Shown: positions 1 through 9,585 of the stretch, piece by piece
How the letters are laid out: the number at the start of each line of letters is the position of its first letter
How positions within the stretch are numbered: position 1 is the stretch's first letter
Origin: an uncultured Dehalococcoidales bacterium
Lineage (GTDB): Bacteria; Chloroflexota; Dehalococcoidia; Dehalococcoidales; UBA2162
Direction of reading: 5' to 3'
Assembly: GCA_964499775.1 (NCBI GenBank)
Contig: CAZCMK010000007.1
Span: 1-51,090 of the forward strand
DNA length: 51,090 nt
The notes under the pieces: generated by a model
The model's database searches: none
The model's input: only the letters and a program-made list of their open reading frames with translations
What the model was told of the DNA's origin: nothing
Translations under genes and position numbers: made by a program

Positions 1-544
1 GATAGCGTTTTTCATTTCTGAACCGCCTGAGCATTACGGCTTTCGTCGCATCGTAGATGCGCCGGTAAGCCTCGTTGGTGGTGTCTTTATCTTTATATAT
101 ACCTGAAGACCGCCTTTCCTTGCGTACTTCTTCTTCCACGGCAAGAATCAATGCTTCCTCTACGGTAATGCCGTAATAATAGTTAAGATACTGGTGGTAC
201 TTGCCATGACCGATGTATTCCTTGAATTCCTCAGGTGACAGGTCGAGCGGCGGTTCACCGTGGAAAAGGAAAGCAGCCTTCTCCGTATCCGGCAGGAAGC
301 CGTCGACCGCCTCGCAGAGTCGCTCGGCAAGCAGCAGCCAGTCGAAGGCTTCGCCGGCAATCAGGTAGCAATAAGTACGGTTGCTTAAGCTTTCCTCGGG
401 AATATCCCACTCACCGATAGCTTCGAGCAGGGCGAGGTACCAGTGTTTGCCGCCGGTAATTTCCCGCTTCAGGTGTCGGATGGCTTCATTTTCGCCGGTC
501 TGTGTTAAATGGCTATCGATTTCGGCGTTCTCTATCAACCTCAC
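1..544 (-). CDS. hypothetical protein (C-terminal end runs off the window)
   Basis: Own minus-strand translation is stop-free from the in-frame TAA at 565-563 down to base 1, about 180 codons (...GKHWYLALLEAIGEWDIPEE...EEFKEYIGHGKYHQYLNYYYG...). Candidate starts are GTG 544-542 (AGAGGGA about 7 nt upstream) or TTG 538-536. It is missing from the ORF track only because it is open-ended. No family recognised. Confidence 0.5.
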   Translation of the reverse strand, partial: MRLIENAEIDSHLTQTGENEAIRHLKREITGGKHWYLALLEAIGEWDIPEESLSNRTYCYLIAGEAFDWLLLAERLCEAVDGFLPDTEKAAFLFHGEPPLDLSPEEFKEYIGHGKYHQYLNYYYGITVEEALILAVEEEVRKERRSSGIYKDKDTTNEAYRRIYDATKAVMLRRFRNEKRY

Positions 545-584
545 CCCTTTATCCCTCTGTTTTTAGTGGGGTTGCCCTGGTTGT

Positions 585-683
585 GTCGTTCTGAGCCCGC
601 CTGAGGCGGGCTCAGAATCCCCACTTATTTCGTATCGATTCAGATTCTTCATCATCCGCCTGAGGCGTTTTCCTCAGAGTAAC
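585..683. repeat. two units of palindromic intergenic repeat family 1 (GTCATTCTGAG...GAAGAATCT type)
   Basis: Perfect 13-bp stem TTCTGAGCCCGCC / GGCGGGCTCAGAA (589-601 / 605-617, 3-nt loop). Unit 641-683 read on the minus strand (GTTACTCTGAGGAAAACGCCTCAGGCGGATGATGAAGAATCTG) is a near copy of 23370-23411. Relatives lie at 14449-14546 and 17064-17100. Confidence 0.8.
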
Positions 684-718
684 TTATAATGTGGAGTCTC
701 TCTTAAGCTCTCCTCCGA

Positions 719-994
719 TTATCCTGTCCTCTCCGGGGACTCAGCCTTCAGCTTCTCATAGTACTCGAGACGACCCGTATTGACCAGTTCTTTGATTTTC
801 TTATTGATAGCCTCGCCGACCCCCGGAATCTCTTTAAGTCTGTCCTCCCTGACAAGCTCCTCCACCTCTACCGTCATATCCGTGATTGTTTTCGCCACCT
901 TTTCATAAGCCCTGATTTTAAAGATATTGTCCTTTTTACATCTGAGAATATAGGCAATATCCGTAAAAACAGCAGCAATTTCAGTGTTTTTCAT
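719..994 (-). CDS. helix-hairpin-helix protein equal to the N-terminal 8-kDa domain of family X DNA polymerase (stand-alone or truncated remnant)
   Basis: The 91-aa ORF (NIFKIRAYEKVAKTI...LKEIPGVGEAINKKIKELVNTGRLEYYEKL) matches the pattern of bacterial PolX N-termini as I remember them. It stops where PolX would continue into the fingers/palm domains. Confidence 0.6.
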   Translation of the reverse strand: MKNTEIAAVFTDIAYILRCKKDNIFKIRAYEKVAKTITDMTVEVEELVREDRLKEIPGVGEAINKKIKELVNTGRLEYYEKLKAESPERTG

Positions 995-1027
995 CTTCTA
1001 CTTTTAAAAAATTGAATTTATCATTGC

Positions 1028-1834
1028 TTATATAACTTGTGTAACATCAGAAAATATATCTCTCCAATGGCCTTGCTTAATACGGAATTTAGTACCGTGA
1101 TTGTGTCCTGTTCTAGCATCAAAGTCAACAAAAATGTATCCATTTTCAATACATTTTAAGAAATTATCGAAAGAAAATCCGTTGAGTAAATATAACTCTT
1201 TGTAAAGAAAGTATTCTCTACTATCTATGAGCCTACTATCAGCAATAACATAGAAACAGCTTTTAATCTTCTCACCGACAGCATATTTTAGGTCCTCAAA
1301 TCCCCAATAAGGTTCGTTTTTGAAAGTTCCTAGCCCAACGCGTTGACCGACGGATTTCAACCAAACTTTAGTTTCTTGTTGACTTGTATTCACTTTGCTA
1401 GAATCAAATATGAATCTTATCTTGGCTTGATTTCTATCGACAATTATTCTGAATCCTCTTTTTGTAAAATCTTTAGCGTTTGTGGTTGATCTAAAACTCA
1501 TTTCCGATATTGGATACTTTAGACCGGCCTGCTTATGCTTCCATCCATAAAGTGGCAGTAAGATATTTGGAACTATACCCAGAGCGGTCGGGGAAGGTTC
1601 TAAATGTTTTAACGTAATAAGAGAGGTAGTGTGTGATCGCTGCCCCTTTAGTTCCCATTCTCTAGCATTTGGTATCGGTAGGTTGTTCTCCTTGATCCCA
1701 AGTAGTGTCTCTAGAGTATTACCTACTGCACCATCATTCCGAGTATCCCGAGTTTCTTTAACACTTCTATGCCAGCCTTGTGCTGCAATAGATTGTATTT
1801 CTTCAGTTAGCCCTTTTTTAGTAAAAACCTTCAT
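1028..1834 (-). CDS. type II restriction endonuclease, MvaI/BcnI family-like
   Basis: NDGAVGNTLETLLGIKENN...EWELKG...ITL and C-terminal DFDARTGHNHGTKFRI resemble BcnI/MvaI blocks as I recall them. ATG 1834-1832 overlaps the methyltransferase stop (TAATG). The ORF-track start at 1855 is a TTG alternative. The gene is AT-rich relative to its flanks. Confidence 0.6.
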   Translation of the reverse strand: MKVFTKKGLTEEIQSIAAQGWHRSVKETRDTRNDGAVGNTLETLLGIKENNLPIPNAREWELKGQRSHTTSLITLKHLEPSPTALGIVPNILLPLYGWKHKQAGLKYPISEMSFRSTTNAKDFTKRGFRIIVDRNQAKIRFIFDSSKVNTSQQETKVWLKSVGQRVGLGTFKNEPYWGFEDLKYAVGEKIKSCFYVIADSRLIDSREYFLYKELYLLNGFSFDNFLKCIENGYIFVDFDARTGHNHGTKFRIKQGHWRDIFSDVTQVI

Positions 1835-2748
1835 TATTTTTCCGGCTTTCTCCAAAAATCCAGAAGATATTCGAAAGTTACGCCCATAGTGATATAATTA
1901 CTTGGCCAACCAAAAATCCCAATTTGATTTACTAAATTAGTTCTATCCCATATGATAATATTCCTTAATTCGTAGTTTCGCTTTCTTAATTCTTCAATTA
2001 ATGAGACATGTATCGTGATCCGCTTATTCTCCCACCACATATCTGGTACGTTAATAATACAATGTGCTTTTGGACGTAGTAATGGTAATATAGACTCAAA
2101 TATATCCCCCATAGACTTTGTGTATTCATCAAGTGCCATCGTACCTAAGTCTCTGGGGTCTTGTGAATATTGCTCGATCTTTCCTAGTTGTTCATTTTTC
2201 CTGAACCTTCTTGATTTGTTCTTTCTTTCTCTATTCAGTAAGTTTGAATAGGGAGGAGAAGTCACTACTAAACTGATCGTTTCTGGTTCAAAATATTTGA
2301 GAACGGATTTAGCGTCATCCTGAATAGTTACCTGCTTAGCTTCACAAAGTAAACTAATCTGAGCTGTACGTTGTTCACATAAATCGATATAGCGTTGTTG
2401 TAAGTCAAAACCAACTGCGTTCCTGTTTGTATCTCCTGCTGCTACTAGAGTAGTACCGCTACCAACAAACGGATCTAGTACAAGCTCGCCTTCATGAGTA
2501 AATAACTGGATAACTTTCTTAGCCAAGGAGATAGGAAAAGTGGCTGGATGAATATTCTTGTTACGAATGTCTCTAACCTCATAATTGAATTGCCATACAC
2601 CTAATTGACTTTTAAGCCATTCTTTTGCAGTCATGCAATTTATATGGCTTGGTTTACAATCACATGTTCTTTGAAAACCGATGTCTAGTTTTGTCCTGTA
2701 AAGACTACTACCTTCTCTAATTATTGGATGTGTATCCAAGATATCCAC
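1834..2748 (-). CDS. DNA methyltransferase, N4-cytosine/N6-adenine family, SPPY motif (probably m4C)
   Basis: Motif I is LDPFVGSGTT and motif IV is VVTSPPYSNL. S-P-P-Y is the N4-cytosine flavour. GTG start at 2748 with GAGGT 7 nt upstream. Translationally coupled to the endonuclease gene. Confidence 0.8.
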   Translation of the reverse strand: MDILDTHPIIREGSSLYRTKLDIGFQRTCDCKPSHINCMTAKEWLKSQLGVWQFNYEVRDIRNKNIHPATFPISLAKKVIQLFTHEGELVLDPFVGSGTTLVAAGDTNRNAVGFDLQQRYIDLCEQRTAQISLLCEAKQVTIQDDAKSVLKYFEPETISLVVTSPPYSNLLNRERKNKSRRFRKNEQLGKIEQYSQDPRDLGTMALDEYTKSMGDIFESILPLLRPKAHCIINVPDMWWENKRITIHVSLIEELRKRNYELRNIIIWDRTNLVNQIGIFGWPSNYITMGVTFEYLLDFWRKPEK

Positions 2749-2794
2749 AATGATGACCTCGTAAGTAAGTTATTTTGAAAGACATAATATATGA

Positions 2795-5455
<2,661 letters not shown>

Positions 5456-5469
5456 GGAATTTCTTACTC

Positions 5470-6441
5470 CTACTCGAATAGCTCTCCTACGGATTGCCCG
5501 GTATGAATGCGGCGGATAGCTTCACCCAGAAGCGGAGCTATGGACAATACCGTAATTTTATCCAGTTTCTTCCCGTCACTTACCGGTATAGTATCGGTAA
5601 CGGTAACTTCTTTGATGGGGCTTGCCGCTATCCTTTCAATTGCCGGTCCGGAAAAGACCGGATGAGTTGCACATGCATATACCTCCTTGACGTCATGTTC
5701 CAGAAGGAGCGAGACGACATTAACCAGTGAACCGCCGGTGTCAATCTCATCGTCTACAATAAGAGCTACTTTATCCTGTACATCACCTATAATGTTGAGA
5801 GCCTCTTTGTGGTCCTTATTATCCAGGCGCCTTTGTTCGATTATTGCGAGTGGCGCGTTAATTCTATGAGCTACGTCTCTGGCACGTTTTGAGATACCCT
5901 CATCGGCTGCGACAACTACCAGATTCTCTAATTGTTTGTTCTTATAATAGTCACTAAGTATGTAAAGGGCTGTCAGTTCATCGACCGGTATGTTAAAGAA
6001 ACCCTGTATCTGTGCCGAATGCAGGTCTACCGTCAGTACCCTGTTAGCACCGGCTACGGTGAGAAGATCGGCAACAAGCCTGGCAGTTATCGGCACTCTC
6101 GGCTGGTCTTTTCTATCACTGCGTCCATAACCGTAGTAAGGAACAATAGCCGTTATGCGTTCCGCGGATGCTCTCTTTAAAGCGTCAATCATGATTAACA
6201 GTTCTACCAGGCTCGTGTTTACCGGAGAGCAGATAGGCTGGATGGCAAAGGTGTCCCGCTCGCGGACGTTTTCCAGGATACGGACAAATGTATTCTCGTT
6301 GCTGAACTCGAACACTTCGCACTTACCGAGAGATATATCCAAATAGTCGGTAACCGCTTTTGCCAGGGCAGGATGGGCATTACCGGTGAATACTTTCAGC
6401 TCGTCCACACTAACTCCTTTCTTCTGGTCATATTCGGGCAC
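5470..6441 (-). CDS. prs: ribose-phosphate pyrophosphokinase
   Basis: 323 aa. Contains DLHSAQIQGFFNIPVD and the PRPP loop IVDDEIDTGGSL. Lies 14 nt upstream of secA, with GGAGTAAG in front of the secA start. Confidence 0.93.
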   Translation of the reverse strand: MPEYDQKKGVSVDELKVFTGNAHPALAKAVTDYLDISLGKCEVFEFSNENTFVRILENVRERDTFAIQPICSPVNTSLVELLIMIDALKRASAERITAIVPYYGYGRSDRKDQPRVPITARLVADLLTVAGANRVLTVDLHSAQIQGFFNIPVDELTALYILSDYYKNKQLENLVVVAADEGISKRARDVAHRINAPLAIIEQRRLDNKDHKEALNIIGDVQDKVALIVDDEIDTGGSLVNVVSLLLEHDVKEVYACATHPVFSGPAIERIAASPIKEVTVTDTIPVSDGKKLDKITVLSIAPLLGEAIRRIHTGQSVGELFE

Positions 6442-6535
6442 ACGCCTATTATAGCACTATAGAGCCCAAACCTCACCCCCTTTTTATGGTGTTTTACTGA
6501 GGTTCAGGTTCCCGGAAGGAATCAGGTCAGGTAGT

Positions 6536-7186
6536 TTAAGAGGGTTGTATTATTTTCGGGTGCTCCCAGTCTGAGTTATCGATGAGCATATCGGCGGTTT
6601 TCGTAGGAGGGTATTCTCTCAGGTACTTTTTCTGGGCGGGCAGGTATTTCTCATCGTATTTTTTAAGAACTGCTTCGATATCTCTGCGTTTTGCTCTCTT
6701 TTTACTTTCCTCGAAGGGGATTTCAAGGAAAATGCCGTAATCGATATACGGCGATAGTTCTTTCCTGAAGAGGAAGACCCCCTCCATTATCACTATCGTA
6801 TCTGCGGAGAAAGAGAACTCTTTCCTGATTTCGTATTTGTCGGTCTGTAAATCGAGTAAAGTCAGTTCGGTAGGAAAATCTATATTTTCACGTATCGGTT
6901 TCAGCAGCTTATTTATTATGGTCTCGATATCGAAGCTTTTATTGAAGTAGTTTTCAGCCTGGTTGCCTCCGGAATACCGGATGCTCATGGGGTTATGAAA
7001 ATCATCGAGATGGATTGCCTGTACCGGATAATTTCTGGAAACCAAGAATTTCTCAAGCGAATTTGCGAAAATGGTCTTTCCCGAAGTATCTATGCCGGTA
7101 ATTCCCACGATAAAAGCGCGGTTTTGTTTCCTGCTGATTATTTCATCCAGGATTTTCTCGAATACCGGCAGTTTCCCGTCTTTCAT
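6536..7186 (-). CDS. P-loop nucleoside kinase, uridine kinase family-like
   Basis: 216 aa. P-loop IVGITGIDTSGKT followed by the HLDDF motif typical of uridine kinase/phosphoribulokinase-type kinases. Confidence 0.6.
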   Translation of the reverse strand: MKDGKLPVFEKILDEIISRKQNRAFIVGITGIDTSGKTIFANSLEKFLVSRNYPVQAIHLDDFHNPMSIRYSGGNQAENYFNKSFDIETIINKLLKPIRENIDFPTELTLLDLQTDKYEIRKEFSFSADTIVIMEGVFLFRKELSPYIDYGIFLEIPFEESKKRAKRRDIEAVLKKYDEKYLPAQKKYLREYPPTKTADMLIDNSDWEHPKIIQPS

Positions 7187-7234
7187 TATTCGGACTGTTA
7201 ATCTGTTTACCGCTAAAGGGATTGCTAGCCGGCC

Positions 7235-8479
7235 TCAGTCTGTAATCCCGGGTAAAGGAAAGCGGGAACATATCCGGCTGACTTCCTGCTTTACCTCGTT
7301 TTCGATATCGTGATTACCGGGATTGCTTATAACCTTGACGACCAGCGAAGCAATCTGTTTCATCTCCTCTTTCCCGAAGCCGCGGGTGGTTACCGCCGGT
7401 GTCCCCAGCCTGATGCCGCTGGTTATCAGTGGCGGACGCGAGTCGAACGGAATGGGATCGCGGTTAGCAACGATTCCGGCTCTGCCCAGAGCTTCTTCAG
7501 CTTCTCTGCCGGTAATTCCCATATCGATGAGGCTTATTAAAAGGAGATGAGTGTCGGTGCCGCCGGATATGAGATTCATACCCAGTCTTTTCAGCTCTTC
7601 GGCCAGTGCAAGGGCGTTATCAAGTATGGCACGCTGGTATTCGACGAATGCCGGCTGCATGGCTTCGTAGAAAGCCACCGCTTTTCCGGCGATAATCTGC
7701 ATCAGGGGACCGCCCTGAGTACCGGGGAAGACGGCGGCATCGATGGCGGATGCCAGCTCTTTTTTACACAGAATAAACCCGCCCCGGGGACCGCGCAGTG
7801 TTTTGTGAGTGGTGGATGTCACCACATCGGCATAGGGTATCGGGGAAGGGTGCAGGCCGGCGGCAATCATACCGGCGGTATGAGCCATATCAACCATTAA
7901 TCTCGCCCCCACGAGGTCGGCAATCTGACGGAAACGCTCGAAGTCGATGATTCTGGGATAAGCGCTGGCGCCGGTTACAATCAGCCTGGGTTTATGCTCT
8001 TTGACCAGCTTCTCAAGTCCCGGATAGTCGATTCTTTCCGTTTCCCGGCTGACTCCGTACCTGATGAAATTATAATTCCTGCCGGAAAAGTTTATCTTTT
8101 CGCCGTGGGTAAGGTGCCCTCCGTCGTTCATCTTCATGGACATTACCGTATCGCCGTATTCGAGAAGGGCGTAATATACCGCTATGTTCGCCTGGGAACC
8201 GCTGTGGGATTGGACGTTGGCGTGTTCGGCACGATACAGTTCCTTTGCCCTTTCGATAGCCAGGTTTTCCACCTCGTCGACATTTTCGCAACCGCCGTAC
8301 CACCGTCTTCCCGGGTAGCCTTCGGCGTATTTGCTGGTTAAAATAGAAGCCTCCGCCTCGAATACAGCTTTGCTCGGGAAGTTCTCTGAGGCGATAAGAT
8401 TTATCGTTTCTTCTTGTCGTTTTCTTTCCAGTTCGATAGCTTTATATATTTCCGGGTCGCTCTGACTTAAGAAACTCAT
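7235..8479 (-). CDS. glyA: serine hydroxymethyltransferase
   Basis: PLP-lysine block [16 protein letters not shown]. The N-terminus [22 protein letters not shown] begins at ATG 8479, preceded by AAGGAGGAAAA. The ORF-track start at 8524 adds 15 unlikely residues. Confidence 0.96.
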   Translation of the reverse strand: MSFLSQSDPEIYKAIELERKRQEETINLIASENFPSKAVFEAEASILTSKYAEGYPGRRWYGGCENVDEVENLAIERAKELYRAEHANVQSHSGSQANIAVYYALLEYGDTVMSMKMNDGGHLTHGEKINFSGRNYNFIRYGVSRETERIDYPGLEKLVKEHKPRLIVTGASAYPRIIDFERFRQIADLVGARLMVDMAHTAGMIAAGLHPSPIPYADVVTSTTHKTLRGPRGGFILCKKELASAIDAAVFPGTQGGPLMQIIAGKAVAFYEAMQPAFVEYQRAILDNALALAEELKRLGMNLISGGTDTHLLLISLIDMGITGREAEEALGRAGIVANRDPIPFDSRPPLITSGIRLGTPAVTTRGFGKEEMKQIASLVVKVISNPGNHDIENEVKQEVSRICSRFPLPGITD

Positions 8480-8714
8480 TTTTCCTCCTTCTGGAAGTCT
8501 ACAACCCCCCACCTGTACTGTCAATAATGAGCAACAATAGGTAACGTTATTATACGGCGAAATACGAAAGAAGGAACCATCCCATTATTCGCATGGAGGA
8601 TTGTTCTATATTGGTTGGTGATTACTTACCTTACCCCTCAGGATGAACCCCTCTCTAACTAGTACCTTTGATATGAGGTGAGGACTCATTCAGCTTGGAA
8701 AGAGGTGTAAAAGA

Positions 8715-8828
8715 GAGAGGGGGCGGAGCCCCCTCTCATAAAACTCTCCCCCTCTCACGCATACGAATATTTATATAGCAAAATCAGGTGCTGCGTGAGA
8801 GGGGGATTAAGGGGGTGAGTATAAATAT
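8715..8828. repeat. composite of G/C-tract palindromic repeats (family 2) ending in the GAGAGGGGGATTAAGGGGGTGAGTATAAATAT module
   Basis: Hairpin GAGAGGGGG/CCCCCTCTC (8715-8723 / 8729-8737). Perfect 14-bp inverted repeat CCCCCTCTCACGCA / TGCGTGAGAGGGGG (8748-8761 / 8792-8805, 30-nt loop). Module at 8797-8828, with relatives at 14621-14660, 22821-22851 (minus) and 25531-25604. Confidence 0.8.
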
Positions 8829-8864
8829 CAGCCGAAACAGAACGATAACCTCCCGGCTATCTAA

Positions 8865-8893
8865 TTGACTGGACATATTATGCGTGCTATCAT
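8865..8893 (+). promoter_or_regulatory. sigma70-type promoter candidate for udg (TTGACT-N17-TATCAT)
   Basis: -35 TTGACT at 8865-8870, 17-nt spacer, -10 TATCAT at 8888-8893, 47 nt before the ATG at 8940. Confidence 0.5.
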
Positions 8894-8939
8894 AAGCGAA
8901 AAGCTGGTTGATTAATCTCTTCCAGGTTGCTGGGAAGAA

Positions 8940-9542
8940 ATGTCAGCACTGACTGAACTTTATAAAGGAATCGAACTCTGTCAGCGGTGTGAAATAGCCA
9001 AATTCCGAAATAACGTGGTGCCGGGTGAAGGTGCGGAGGATGCTGAAATCCTTTTCATCGGGGAGGCGCCGGGATACCATGAAGACCAGCAAGGTCGGCC
9101 TTTTGTCGGCCCGGCGGGAAAGTTCCTCGATGAGCTGCTTGCCTCTATTAATCTGGACCGTCAACAGGTATATATCGCCAACGTGATTAAGTGCCGCCCG
9201 ACGGGTAACCGTGACCCTTTACCGGTGGAAATACGTAATTGCCAGGAATGGCTGGAACGCCAGATTGAGATTATTTCCCCAAAGATGATTGTGACGCTCG
9301 GTCGTTACTCCATGTCAATGTTCTTTCCCGGTAAGAGTATAGGTAAAATTCACGGTACCGCTCAGAAACAGGGCGACGTTATCTACTTTGCCATGTACCA
9401 TCCGGCGGCAGCCCTCCACCAACAGAGCCTCCGTCAGGTAATAGAGGCAGATATGCTCAAGATTCCGTCGCTCCTGGCTCAGGAAAAGGAGATTGTCGAG
9501 ACCGAACCGGAGCCGGAGCAGTTGAAAATGTTCGACATGTAA
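8940..9542 (+). CDS. udg: uracil-DNA glycosylase, family 4
   Basis: Hallmark GEAPGYHEDQQGRPFVGPAGKFLDELL and a C-terminal HPAAAL block. N-terminal Cys residues (CQRCEI...C) fit the Fe-S type of family 4. Confidence 0.9.
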   Translation: MSALTELYKGIELCQRCEIAKFRNNVVPGEGAEDAEILFIGEAPGYHEDQQGRPFVGPAGKFLDELLASINLDRQQVYIANVIKCRPTGNRDPLPVEIRNCQEWLERQIEIISPKMIVTLGRYSMSMFFPGKSIGKIHGTAQKQGDVIYFAMYHPAAALHQQSLRQVIEADMLKIPSLLAQEKEIVETEPEPEQLKMFDM

Positions 9543-9585
9543 CAATTTACATAATAACTAATAAATGAGGTAATATACTTATAAA

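Noticed and set aside
6442-6470. Extended -10-like TGCTATAAT only 6 nt upstream of the prs GTG start, implying a leaderless mRNA
   Set aside because: There is no -35 element, and a leaderless transcript starting with GTG is unlikely. More probably a chance match, with prs transcribed from further upstream.
8480-8714. Possible ZTP (pfl), THF or glycine riboswitch upstream of glyA, and likewise upstream of fhs and folD
   Set aside because: I could not find the conserved cores I remember (for example GACTGGCG...CCGCCTGGGC for ZTP) on either strand. I am not claiming one without an Infernal/Rfam scan.
8700-8830. CRISPR array possibility for the clustered G/C-rich repeats (also 14449-14705, 23370-23569, 25511-25606)
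   Set aside because: The repeats are palindromic, of unequal length, in mixed orientation and not separated by regular unique spacers. No cas genes are present.
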